A stretch of 64,000 bases of DNA. Source: the human T2T-CHM13v2.0 reference genome, Homo sapiens. The stretch is taken from NCBI RefSeq assembly GCF_009914755.1, contig NC_060937.1; one strand, written 5' to 3'. Positions 17,177 through 32,085 of the stretch are shown piece by piece; the first letter of the stretch is position 1; each line of letters opens with the position of its first letter. The position numbers and the translations under genes are program-made. The notes under the pieces were generated by a model. The model had not been told where the DNA came from. It saw only the letters and a program-made list of their open reading frames with translations, and did no database searches.

Positions 17177-17707
17177 CATGGAAAACTACTCAGTCATAAA
17201 AAAGAATAAAATATATATATATCACATTTTCTTTATGCAATCATCTGTTGATGGATACTGGATACTTAGGTTGATTCCATATCTTTGCTATTGTTAATAG
17301 TGTTGTAATAAACATATAAGTGCAGTTATCTTTTTAATATAATGATTTCTTTTCCTGTAGGTAGATACCCAGTGGTGAGATTGCTGTGTCAAATGGTAGT
17401 ACAATTTTTAGTTCTTTGAGAAATCTCTATACTGTTTTCCATAGATGTTGTACTAATTTACATTCACACCAACAGTGTACAAGCATTCCCTTTGCTCCAC
17501 ATTCTTGCTAATACCTGTTGTTTTTTGACTTTTTAATGACTGCTCTAAGATGGTGTCTCATTGTGGTTTTAGTTTGCATTTCTCATGATGAGTGATGTTG
17601 AGCATTTTTTTTGTATGTTTCTTGGCCGTTTGTATGTCTTTTGAAAAATGTCTGTTCCTGTCCTTTGCCCACTTTTTAATGGGGCTATTTGTTGTTGTCA
17701 TTTTGTT
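16680..17707 (-). mobile_element. L1MA-type 3' fragment
   Basis: Antisense L1MA 3' end; TSD caacatctt at 16671-16679 and 17708-17716. Confidence 0.85.
17005..17212. repeat. Inverted duplication enclosing (TG)n/(TA)n/(CA)n
   Basis: 37-nt arms at 17005-17041 and 17176-17212 are reverse complements (2 mismatches). Confidence 0.92.
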
Positions 17708-17868
17708 CAACATCTTGATTTTAAACTTCTGAAATCTACAACTTTAAGAGAGTACATTTGTGTTGTTTTAAGCCACTAAAATTGTGATAATTTGTTACAA
17801 TGGCAATAGGAAACTAGTACAATGTGGATTGACTAAACATTAATAACTATAATTTGTTTGAATTCTAA

Positions 17869-17964
17869 GAAATTAAATTCTAGCTTTGTCCAATAGTCTT
17901 CAAAAGAAATGGTGGTGAAATTGAATTCTAGCTTTGACCAATAGTCTTCAAAAGAAATGGGGGT
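17869..17964 (+). repeat. 48-bp tandem duplication
   Basis: gaaatt(a/g)aattctagctttg(t/a)ccaatagtcttcaaaagaaatgg(t/g)ggt x2. Confidence 0.9.
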
Positions 17965-17983
17965 TTATTATTGAACATATGAT

Positions 17984-18086
17984 TATATATGTGTATATAT
18001 ATATATACATACACACACATATATATACATACACATGTATACACACACATACACACACAAACATATATATATTATATATATATATA
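17984..18086. repeat. (TA)n/(CA)n microsatellite
   Basis: Direct reading. Confidence 0.85.
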
Positions 18087-18366
18087 AATCACATAATAAG
18101 ATACCCCAACAAGTAACACATGAAGCCTTTCTTGGTGATTCCTCAAGGCCAAGTCCTTTGTCATGTCCTTTTCCCATGGAAGGCAGGGCAGGAGGGCACA
18201 GCTGCACAGGGACCTCTTTATTCTTGATGGTTTCACTATCACCTTCTATTTTTGATGCTCTGGTGAACCAGAGACTTCTGTGAAGTAACAGTTAGAACCA
18301 TGATTCTGAAATACAGGCTTAAAGACATTAAGAGGGGACAGTTCCCTGGACTCCTCCGCGGGACCT

Positions 18367-18550
18367 GTGACAGGGGTGGGAGGGGTGGCTTGTTTCGTTG
18401 GGCCGAGTTCAAACCCATTGTGGGAGGGGGAGCACATGGGCCAGCAGGTCCTGGGGCAGGTGTGAGTGCTTTTGGGCTCCAGCCCCACGGTAGCATCTGG
18501 GGGTGTGTTACAATTAATGCTCTTTTAGCAGTTGCTGTCCGTGGACAAAT
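18367..18550. mobile_element. ERV1 LTR fragment (MER52-like)
   Basis: GC-rich; gggctccagccccacggtagcatctgggggtgtgttacaattaatgctcttttagcagttgctgtcc resembles recalled MER52. Confidence 0.5.
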
Positions 18551-20337
18551 CTAATCAGTAGATTTCTTAATCACAAGGCCTATAAATCAAAATAATTTTC
18601 CAGTTTTTTTTGCCTCTGGAAAACGTAACTGTATTAAGTGTGTTATGATCTTTCCTTGCTCATTACTGTTCACTTTAAAACAAGTTTTTATTGAAAAGGA
18701 GAAATTGCAAATGTATACATTTTACTTTAGTAGTATATAAGTACACATGGTTTATTTTGCTGAAATCATTTAGAATTGAGGCATTTGTGTAATTCCAAAT
18801 ACACAAAGAAAAATTAGAAGCTATTCTTTATCCTTCTTTCTCCCCTTTTTCTTGAATTCACAATGACTTTACAAGACATTTAATGTAAAGGCACTAAAGA
18901 CAGTTAAAACCATTAGTCATCATGCTTTACTTAGAATTCAGCAAAGAACAAAGTTAAAGAACAAAATAGCAAGCCTGGTTTATTTGTCTGAATAATGCTT
19001 GTCTCATGATACTTTATCTCATATAAGGGAAGGAGAGGAAATCCTTAGTTACATCATATAAGGTAGCAAAAAATAAATACAATAAATGCTAGAGACAATA
19101 TTTATTCAGAAAACATCAGTGAGTCCAGTGAAACTTGGAGACTCTGAAATGCTGTGCCAGTCATTAGAGCCAGGAGTGTATTATGATTTAATGGTACCTC
19201 TCTGCTGCATCTCATGAGCTGTCCTAGAAAAACATTTTGAAGCAATAAAGCATCCATTTGGCTCCTAAGTAATGAGAGGCATTGTTCTTTGCATTAACTA
19301 TTTATTCAGGAAGAGAAGTGACCAACTGTTAATAAGCTTTATCCAAAGAGGGTCGTGGAAAACAAGAAAATGCAAAAGTGAGGTTCTCTTCAATTTCATA
19401 TGCAATTAACAAATATCCAGAGCTGACTGATTGGTGCTCCTCTTCCATGTGACTTTTGGCTGGCTGTATTTAAGGGTGAGTGCCTGTTAGATGTATTCAA
19501 AGCTTCTGGGTTTAAGGAAGGATTCTGTAGCCTAAACCCATGACAAATGAGAGGCGGCAATGACTCGTGAGTAGCTAAGACTGGATTGATCTCTGTTGTT
19601 TTGAATATTGGACTTATTTTCTAAGATGAATAGTAATGATTTAGGCTTACTAGTTTATTCCTTTTGGGAAGGATTCTTTTTGTTTGTTTGTTTTAGAAGA
19701 TTATTGCTTTTTCATTACTTGTGAAATCTGCTCTATAATCCAATGTAATGTTTAGACTTATCACTTGATCAAGAAGCTTTTAACTTGAGAAAAATTCTTA
19801 TTTGGTATATAAATAGGTATGTGCTTTATTCTTTGGAAATAGTTTCCAGGTAGGAATGCAACATTTTTCTCTTGTTCTGCAAGTAAATAAATGATCTCTT
19901 CTTGACAGTAAATGTGTAGGATTTAGTAACTTTGAGATTCCAACCAGAATATTGTATTCACAAATAAATAGGGGCTTCTTTCAAGTCATTTCAGAACCTT
20001 ACTTTGAAGCACTTTGATCCTATGAGAGTGTGAAGTTTTCATTCCACTTGCTTTAAGGTCCTTAATATAATTAAGTTGCCTTTTTAATAACATGAGAAAA
20101 GATAAAAGTCGCAATTCTTTCCTTCCCTAAAGCCAACAAAAGGATGTTTATGGTAATTCTTTGTCCCTGCTCTCGCTAAATACTAGTACAGTGGAGTTCT
20201 ACACAGTGGGGGAAGAATCTTCATAAATCATTAAAATAGACAGTGGAAGTGATATGTAAACTCAATATTATTTAAATATTAACAGAATATTCTTGATACC
20301 ATAATAAATCAATTAGGTGGCCGGGCGCAGTGGCTCA

Positions 20338-20450
20338 CGGCTGTAATCCCAGCACTTTGGGAGGCCGAGGGGGGCGGATCACGAGGTCAAGAGATCCAGA
20401 CCATCCTGGCCAACATGGTGAAACCCTGCCTCTACTAAAAAAAAAAAAAT
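20338..20450 (+). mobile_element. AluSc-like left monomer only
   Basis: cacgaggtcaagagatc...; ends in an expanded mid A-linker. Confidence 0.85.
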
Positions 20451-20850
20451 TAAGAAATCATTTAATATTGCATTCCTTTGATTTTTAATTTAAAAATATT
20501 TTCCATATTGAAAACTATGTATTCCTGCTAAGCTTACTATGAATTATTTTGAAGTATATTTAAAATCAGTTTGTAAGATGTATTTCGTGGAATAAGAATG
20601 CATTGTGTATTTGGGTCCATAGCCTTAGAAAAAAGGGCTAAAGAGCCCAAGTCAGTAGCAAAAGGATCAAAGGTAGAAAAACTCCTTAGGCTTTTTCTTT
20701 CCTAGACCACATTATTTTATCATACAGATTACAAAAACGTAAGAAATAAAGACTCAAGTTAGAAATGGAATTACCTCAGAAGATGTTAGGTTTTGCAACA
20801 ATCTTTCTCTTTGGGTATTAACAATCATTAGATTGAATTATCCCTTTCAG

Positions 20851-20955
20851 ATCATCACTCCATTTAGAAGGCTAATGCTGTGTGCTGAGAACAGAAAGGA
20901 GATGGAGGATTGGATCAGCTCACTGAAGTCTGTACAGACCAGAGAACCCTACGAG
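20851..20955 (+). CDS. DGKH: DGKH exon (~ex4), end of PH domain: [35 protein letters not shown]
   Basis: ccctttcag| acceptor, |gtaaaa donor, 105 nt, phase 0-0; PH C-terminal helix with conserved W. Confidence 0.96.
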
Positions 20956-21226
20956 GTAAAATAGCATCTTTTCTTTCATCTCGTGTTCTTAGGAAATAAA
21001 TGTTAACCAAAGGGCTAGAGCTCTACCGTGCAAACATAAGTATGTGTACACTCATTCAGCAACTTGTTTAAACCAGATTTTGAAATTCTTATCTTAAAGC
21101 AAAGTGCTTTGGTTTTAAAAATGATGGATTTGAAAATTTGACCATAACTATATGCATTCCAAACAGTTCAGCATCTGTAGCCTTGTTCACTGGCTTGGCA
21201 AATCTGTCCTCACATCTCATTTCTAG

Positions 21227-21359
21227 GTGGCCCAGTTTAATGTGGAACATTTCTCAGGGATGCACAACTGGTACGCCTGCTCCCACGCCCGACCCACCTT
21301 CTGTAACGTGTGCAGAGAGAGTCTTTCTGGAGTCACCTCCCATGGCCTGTCCTGCGAAG
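21227..21359 (+). CDS. DGKH: DGKH exon (~ex5), C1A N-part: [44 protein letters not shown]
   Basis: ttctag| / |gtactg, 133 nt, phase 0-1; H-x12-C-x2-C C1 pattern. Confidence 0.97.
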
Positions 21360-21748
21360 GTACTGTAGCACCTAGCATGTGTTTTCTCCCAACAGTAACC
21401 ATACTGTAGACATGCTGCCACTGGTTTTATTGTAGCTTAAAATTGAGCTCTCCACACATAGGACTAGCTTGGAAAATATTTTTGCTCAGGAAAAAAAAAC
21501 ATAGTCATTTAAAGGAAACATACATCAAAATACAGCATTTCACCCCCAAGAAACTAGGAACTACTGTCTAAAAAAAAAAATCTTTGGACTTTGTATAATC
21601 ATTCTGGTATTCTTTATTCTGGTTGATTATGGAGAGCAAAACTTTTTGTGAGGACAGTATATACTCTTTGGCAGAATTTCTGATTGTTAATTATATTGCA
21701 TTGTTTTAAATATTGTTTTCTTTCATTTCATTTGTTTAATCTGAATAG

Positions 21749-22075
<327 letters not shown>

Positions 22076-23065
22076 AATTTGTGAGTTATTTTTAATATAA
22101 GAGCAGTGACCACCAAAAGCAAATACATTAATAATTGCCAACAGAAAACTCATAACTTCTTTAGATTTATTTTATTTCATACTTCAGTGATTACACTGTT
22201 GTATACTACTTTTTGAACTATATATGATAATAATAATACCAGCTTTTTTTCTCTAATCCAAAAATTTCGTAATTTGGAATATCACTTATTTATAATTAAG
22301 TAATAAAGTAGTAATAGAATCACAGCCTTAATTGATTTTAAACTATAAAATCTGTGATATGTCATTGTTTCAACTATTTAATATGATACACCATAGTGGT
22401 TAAGAATAGAGCTCTTCAGTCAAACCCTCTTCCACTTCCACCATTACAAACTATAACCAGGAGAAGTTGTTTAACTCACTTAGGCTTTCCTCTCCTCATC
22501 GATAAGATGGGGATAATAGTCATTTATGCCTCATAGAATCACTATAAAAATTAAATGAGGGAATACATACAATAAAACTACTTTTCTAGTTCAATAAATT
22601 GGAAGAAGTTTGTAACTGTTTTGTAAGAAACTTATTCCAAATTTGCATCATGGGCTTGATGCATTAAAATTCATGAAGGAGAAAATTTGGAGAAGGCATT
22701 AAAGCTTTCTTTTTAGACTTAAAGAATGATTGCAAAAGAGATCTGATTGGCCTGTATTATGACTTTAGTAATCTAAAAGGATTCACATAGAGCTGAATAA
22801 CTCCTACCAGGTCTGTAATATGGTATTATTTTAAAGATTTTACTAAAATCTTTATTCCAAAAATGCTGAAAAGACACCACATCTGAGACACTCTGTGGTA
22901 CCCTTCTGATTTGAGTGTTATACATTATTAAATATTTTTATTTAAAAATTGAGTCAGTAGTGGAATGACTGAGTATTTTTCTAAGCATTTTAAAAGAAAA
23001 ATGAAAATTACATTATTTGGTGAGAATAAGAAACTTAAAAGTCTTTAAATAAATTTGTTATATTC

Positions 23066-23164
23066 GGCCGGGCACGGTGGCTCACGCCTGTAATCCCAGC
23101 ACTTCGGGAGGCCAAGGCAGGCGGATCACCTGAGGTTGGGAGTTGTAAGCCACCACGCCCAGCC
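23066..23164. mobile_element. Fused Alu heads in opposite orientation
   Basis: + strand Alu nt ~1-78 joined to a - strand Alu 5' end (gtaagccaccacgcccagcc). Confidence 0.8.
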
Positions 23165-23299
23165 TCAAGTGAAGTATTATTTTCTATATGAAGTCTGTGT
23201 TCTAGTTACACACTCATTTATAACAAAAATGGTGGAAGGGAAAGAATTTTTCAAAGTACACAAAAGAGAAGGTAAGCAAAACATTTTCAGTGTGTATAC

Positions 23300-23618
23300 A
23301 TTATTATCATTATTATTATTGTTATTATTTTTTGAGACAGAGTGTTGCTGTGTCTCCCAGGCTGGAGTGCAGTGGCATGATCTTGGCTCATTGCAACCTC
23401 TGCCTTCCTGGGCTCAAGCAATTCTTATGTCTCATAAGAATCCCGAGTAGCTGGGATTACAGGCATGCGCCATCACACCCGGCTAATTTTTTTATTTTTA
23501 GTAGAGACAAGGTTTCACCTTTGTGACCAGGCTGGTCTCAAACTCCTGACCTCAGGTGATCCACCACCTCAGCGTCCCAGAGTGCTGGGATTACAGGCGT
23601 GAGCCACTGTGCCTGGCC
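23300..23618 (-). mobile_element. AluSx-like with (TTA)n tail
   Basis: Antisense full dimer. Confidence 0.9.
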
Positions 23619-24800
23619 TAGACGAATATTTTTCAAGGATAAACCAGCTCAGTTTAACCATCCATTTGTACATAGACTAGTCATGATACCTGAAGCACTT
23701 TGAACATTTGGCTAAAGACATCTTAGTTATTTTACCTGAAACTTTTGTTTTCGTGTTATATCCAATTAAGACAGTTTCAAGAGAATGGTGTGTAATGCAA
23801 AATTTGTTAATGATTGACTTAGAAATCCAGAAAAATCACATGAAAAGGAGATACCTTTCATTTAAATTTAGCAACACTTACCTTAGTATGTTTCCACTGA
23901 AATGCTCTCTACTTTTAACTGTTTAGCTAAAAGTCAGGAGCTGACCTAATATCAGTATCCCCTCATACTTGAATAATTTCCTTAGAGAGATAAACATGTT
24001 TAATAATAGTCAAGTTCCAATTTTTGTAAGTATGGTCAATTTTTCAAATAACCTATAGTTCATTTGTTTTTCCATATATGTGCTGCTTTTTTTCCCTAGT
24101 TATTTCCTCCAATTTCTCTTTTATAAGTTCCTTTTGATAATATGGCTGGGGAGATTTAGTGAAGCCTGTAGTGACAACATCACTTCATCATCCCTTCTTT
24201 CTACATTTGTCATTTGGTCATCTCAACATAATACTTTCCAAAGATAGGGCCGTGTTGGTCACCCTCACCAACCTATTTTCCATGATGCCTGGCTGTCTTG
24301 TTGGTATACTTGCACTTTACAGCCCCCTGGATCAACTTTATCGTACTGACATTTTCAGACTTATAATCAGTATTTTATATGTATAGAAAAATACAATACC
24401 AGAAATGTACAGCTTGATGAATTTTCACAAATTAAACACATTCGTATAATCAGCACCTACATTTAAAATGGGATGTCACCAGCAGACCTGCTACCAAATT
24501 TTATTTGCTTCCCTCTCTCCCTCTCTCCTATGTGTGTGTTGTCTGCCTTCTCAAGCAGTAATTCTTTTGCATTTATTTCTTTTCTGTTCCTCTAAGTAGC
24601 AGTCTACTTATAGCTTTATAAAAGTGCTTCATAAATACATAGCCGTATTTGTTTTCTAGAATACCATTACTATTGTTGCAGAATAATTTAATCTTTTAAA
24701 TATATTTGTTTTCTTCTACTTCCTCCTTCCCTTTTAAAATTTTATGCTGTGATTTCCTTTAATCATTGGTCCAAAATTTCTTGTCCACTTAAAAGCAGTT

Positions 24801-24804
<4 letters not shown>

Positions 24805-24834
<30 letters not shown>
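24805..24834 (+). repeat. T30 forming the polypyrimidine tract of the 24837 exon
   Basis: 30 T directly before AG. Confidence 0.95.
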
Positions 24835-24836
<2 letters not shown>

Positions 24837-24943
24837 TGTGTAAATTCAAGGCTCACAAAAGATGTGCAGTGAGAGCAACAAATAACTGTAAATGGACTAC
24901 CCTGGCCTCCATCGGGAAGGACATTATAGAAGATGAAGATGGC
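24837..24943 (+). CDS. DGKH: DGKH exon (~ex6), C1A C-part: (V)[35 protein letters not shown]
   Basis: T30-ag| acceptor, |gtaagc donor, 107 nt, phase 1-0. Confidence 0.97.
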
Positions 24944-25581
24944 GTAAGCTGCTGCTCTGTCTCTGCTCTCTTCCCACTAACTCCTCTTTTATGTTCTGCT
25001 CTTGTGGAAGCTGAGAAAGATAAGTAGGAATGCTTATTATTAGGATTTAATAGAAGGTTTGGTTGATTCTGAGTTTTTATTTTTAATTCAATCCTTCATA
25101 GCTTCTTTAGCTCTTAGATTTTGAAGGAAATCTGTTGTGAATAGGGCTTAGAAGTGGCCGTTGTGCTGGGCTGTTGTTGTCGACCTCTGATGAACTCTGA
25201 GATGTTCTTTAAGGCTTAGCTGAGAGGTTCACTCTTCAGACATTGGGGTTGCCTCTCAACAGTATACCTCCACTTTCAAAACCTCACCTCCACTGCACCA
25301 TGCATATGGATTTCTGGGAACGCTTAGTGATCACTTTATTGTAATCCCTTTACATGCCTCAGCTAAATCTACCTGAACCCTGAAGGGAAAAGCTTTTACC
25401 TTACTTTTATATTCCTTGAACGTTCATAATAGATGCTCAATAAACGTGGGGTAAATGAGTGAATGCTATGCATGAAACGTACTACTGACCCTCTAGAGTG
25501 AGAAATGATTCAAAATCTCCCCTGGGGTAAGGTTGGTGTCCGCCAGTCTTCACCTGGCTGCCCTTTCTTCCTTCTCCACAG

Positions 25582-25707
25582 GTCGCGATGCCTCACCAGT
25601 GGCTTGAGGGCAACCTGCCTGTAAGTGCCAAGTGTGCTGTCTGCGACAAAACATGTGGCAGTGTTCTCCGTCTACAGGATTGGAAATGCCTTTGGTGTAA
25701 GACAATG
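25582..25707 (+). CDS. DGKH: DGKH exon (~ex7), C1B: [42 protein letters not shown]
   Basis: ccacag| / |gtgagg, 126 nt, phase 0-0; HQWLEGN DGK C1B signature. Confidence 0.97.
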
Positions 25708-26937
25708 GTGAGGGTTTTGGAATCAGTTCATCCTTTTTAATTAGCTTCTTTCCCTAACTTTGTCATCCACGTGGTTTAGAGGCAAAGCAAAGAATTTATG
25801 ACAGAGCTGAACCTGGTAGCATACGCATCTCATGATGACATTCTTCTTTCCTTACAGTATAGTCCTCCTAGTCTGGTCATTGTTTCAAATGCCCTGTAAA
25901 ACTTATTCTTGTTCATCCGTGTCCTGTGCCTCAGGATCTCTTACCCATAGTTGTATTGTTTTTTCATTTTGCTTTATCAACAAAGTGATTTGCTGTATTC
26001 GGGCCTATTTTACTACCTGAAAGCCCTTCTCTGGTATGTCACCAAATTTTGGTTGACATGTGACATGTAAATTTGCTACAACCCTACCAGTGCTCTCTGA
26101 CAGAGGTGAACAGCACATGCAGCCGAACATGAAGCCAACAGCTGATTATTTATGCCAGATATGGTGAGGACAGGGCCTCTGGACTGTGTGAAGACAGTCA
26201 GAGTAGGAAGGAGATCATGTAGACAGTGGCATGGGACTGAAAAACTGCAGGATGAGGAGGTCGTGGGTGTGAGCGTTCATCTCAGCACTGGGCGATGCTG
26301 CTCTACAATGATAGTGATTGCCTTGCACTGGGGCTGACTTATTTGGTGGTTTTGCGTCTTGTCTTTTAACATTGCTGGCTGAAATTTGGAAGCCAGCCTC
26401 AAATTTTAAAATATGGAAAAACTATTGTTTTTGGTATGTATGGTGTAGATCAGCAAATGTAAGAGATGTGTGATGTATTGCTTTCCTAATCAATGAGATT
26501 GTCTGATAGGCTACAAAGGAAAATAAGTCCTACAACTTTTTAGTTAGGCCTGATAGGTAAATCTGTGTTTCTTTTCTTTGTCCTCATGCTTTTGTTATTC
26601 TTCATTGATTGCCTCTTTTACTAGCCTTAGATATGTTACTAATACTTTTTCTCTTATCTCATTTAATCTAATATATAGACTGTAACAGGTGTCTCTCTTT
26701 ACAATCTTAGTGCAAGCCTAGCCCCTAAAACCTTGTCATGCCATTTTTTTATTTTAAAGGAATTCTACCCATAAACAAGATTTTAAATCATCATTCCACC
26801 TCAGATTTCTTTTTGAGAGGACAACCACTGATAACAAATTTTCCTGCTATTTTTATTGGCCTGTACATTTACTAAAGTCGATTTCTCTACTTCTAGAGCT
26901 TCAACTGTTCACTTCCAATGTATTAGAAAGAAAACAC

Positions 26938-27420
<483 letters not shown>

Positions 27421-27799
27421 TTATGTAAATTTTTTTCCCTGCAATTTGTATATCTTTACTTTAAAAAAAAATCAGTAGTTTTTAAACTCTGTTAACTTTA
27501 ACAGCAGGAGTTAATTAGGTTTATTACTTGCTCATTCTATTCACCCCTAACTTTTAAACATTTCTTAACTAGAATAGCAGTGGTATTACAGATGGTAGAA
27601 GGGAGGATGCCTTTTCTCTCTTTTTTCGTGGCAAACTCAAATTTCACCTTGTGACATCATTCCTGCCCCACCCTATGTAAGTTGGACTTGCTGGTTTCTG
27701 AGCTACCATCACCTTATAGCACCTCTCTTAGTCTTGCACTTCCTATACACAACCATTTGCCTGTTTACATATTATTTTGCCTTTAAAACATGAGTTTCT

Positions 27800-29650
<1,851 letters not shown>

Positions 29651-30900
29651 CTAACAGCAGGATATCTAGTGCCTAAAACATAATCTATGTAGTGAAAAAA
29701 GAAAACAAACAAAATAAAAAAGCCCATAGCCCTATAAACCTAATGAATCAACTTATAATTTTTCCTACTGTCATCCAGGTCTGTGGACATAGTTTTACCT
29801 TTTCTGTAAAAATTGTGAAGATATAATTTGATCATCTGCTTTTCTTATTTAGCATTATTATAAATACCTTTCTGTTTTGCTCCATGGTTCTTATACATTT
29901 TAAAATTACTTTTAAAGCTATCTGTGTGTGCTAGTTTTTCTAAAATGCATTTGGATTGTTAATTATTGTAAAGCATAATAGAAAACTGTCTAAAAACAGG
30001 TCTTCACCAGAATTAGAATTATTATTGAATTTTAGTTATTCTCCCAAAGGTTTTAATAAATACAGGTTTAATTATGCCAGTTTTCTAAAAGGACTAATAA
30101 AATAACGTCATATTAAATAAGAACTTGATGAAAAGTGTCTGCTTTTACTGGTTAAAACATTTAGAAGGCTCTCCAGACAAGTACACAAACTAAATTGCCT
30201 GGGTCCTACTTAATAAGTTATCCTTGTTTTTGTTCTCAGTAGTACCTTGCATGACCATGAAACTCATTTCTACTGAAAGCACATTTACTGGGTGCCTGTG
30301 ATACGCATCACTTTCCTTTACCTTACAGGGCAGCAGTCCAGCTGAGAAAATAAGCATGGGGGTACTTGTAACTTTAATAATAGGGAAATGTCATAAAAGA
30401 AATGTGAATAGAAAGTTATGGGATTACTGCAGAAAAAGCAGGCACTTTATAGATTTTATCTTTGTTAAATTTTATAAGAATTTTTATAAGAACAAAATAA
30501 ATGTTCTGTCATCAATTTATTTTATGGGCAATGATATTGACACACTGGTTAGTTTCCGTCCTTCTTCTTCCTTTTCCCCTTCTTTTTCTCTTCTCTGCCT
30601 CCCTTCCTCTGCACTTGGTCTCTTCTCTTTCTCTCTCTTCGCCTTCAACAGTTATTCATTAACTATATATTCCTCTCTGAGATAATTACAAAAATTGGTT
30701 GCATGGACTAAAATCAAATTTCCATTTCTAAAATGTTTAGTCATTTCCTGAAGTATAAATGTTATACCATTTAAAGTAGTTTATGAATTACTGAACATTT
30801 TGTGGTACAGTTGATTCTAGATTATCAGTTCCTTAGATGTGATTTATAATGGCAGAACATTATTTTTATGATTCTTGAAGGTATATTTGTTTGTCATTAG

Positions 30901-31003
30901 GTACACACTGCCTGCAAAGATTTATACCATCCAATATGTCCACTTGGTCAATGTAAAGTATCTATCATACCTCCAATTGCACTAAACAGCACCGATTCCG
31001 ATG
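30901..31003 (+). CDS. DGKH: DGKH exon (~ex8): [34 protein letters not shown]
   Basis: cattag| / |gtatgt, 103 nt, phase 0-1; CPLG...IIPP extension after C1B. Confidence 0.96.
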
Positions 31004-31539
31004 GTATGTAGCAGTAGTGTAAGTACGTATATTTCTGGTATATTTAACATTGATATGTATATTTCTTTTCCTAGAATAATAACTATGATGGTAATTGACT
31101 ATTGTAGTCAGTTTTTCTAAAATAATTCCATTTAAATTGCTGAAAGTACATTCCATTTTTAAAAGAATATATTTAAGTGAAAGTTGTAGAATAGCTGTTA
31201 ACATTGGCGAAATTACTGTATATAAGACTTCTAGATTTTATGTTTTAGTAAATAAAACAAGATCATTACTCTGTACGGCAATACAATCTGAAAAGGTTAA
31301 TTTTTATAAGTGTTTTTTTTCCTCTATAATTGAAACTGCCTATTAGCATGGCTGTTATTAAAATCTGTTTTTCTGTAATTTCATTGTAGGAATTTATATT
31401 CCTATAAATGCACTTTTCCCAAAATCTTACAACTTAACTCTAAAGTGCTGAGGAACCCCTCTACAACACCGGTTTTGGGATTGCATACTAATTACTTTCT
31501 TCTAAGCAAACCGTATTGCAAAGGCTTTTTACCATGTAT

Positions 31540-31640
31540 AATGCTATGCTGTTTTATGTAACAGACTTGAGCAACTGTGGATTTTGATATTCATAGGGTT
31601 CCTGCAGCCAATTCCCCCAAAATATACAGGGAGGACTGTA
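31540..31640 (-). mobile_element. MER2-like (TcMar-Tigger) terminal fragment
   Basis: gacttgagcaactgtggattttg...ccaattccccc...agggaggactgta. Confidence 0.55.
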
Positions 31641-32085
31641 CTATTATTAATGTCTTGCATTGATATCATGCCTTATGCTTTTCAAACTTTTTAATTTATG
31701 CCAATAGATATCTTAGATATAAGTTTATAAACCTGAAGATGTAAGTTTATAAACCTCAAAATATGTGACTTTTTTAAAAACCTGTGCTATTAACAGCCCT
31801 CTCCCCCAACCTAAGCCCTGATTTTGTTTACTATAAATTTTAAAATATTCTCTCAGACTTCAGAAAAGAGCAGTTAAAATACTTTGAAATATTGAATATG
31901 AACATAAGAATTACATACAAACATATAGGTTTGTATGTAAATAGTTAACCTATCTCTATTTGGAGAGCTAAATTATAACTTAATGCTCCAGTTTTTATGA
32001 ATTTATTTTCTTTTCTCTGAATGTTTGCTAATAATTTAAAAGAGAAAGCTGTATGTATTGATCTTGTGTTGTGTTTTTTTCACAG

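Larger units (their letters stand above)
16331..17821 (+). mobile_element. MLT1D-like MaLR LTR interrupted by an L1MA
   Basis: Starts tgtggtaggctgaataatgg, ends ggaaactagtaca; near-5-bp TSD atggg/atgtg. Confidence 0.8.

Noticed and set aside
16986-17297. CVCVCV / THTHTH ORFs on both strands
   Set aside because: Dinucleotide microsatellite within the inverted duplication
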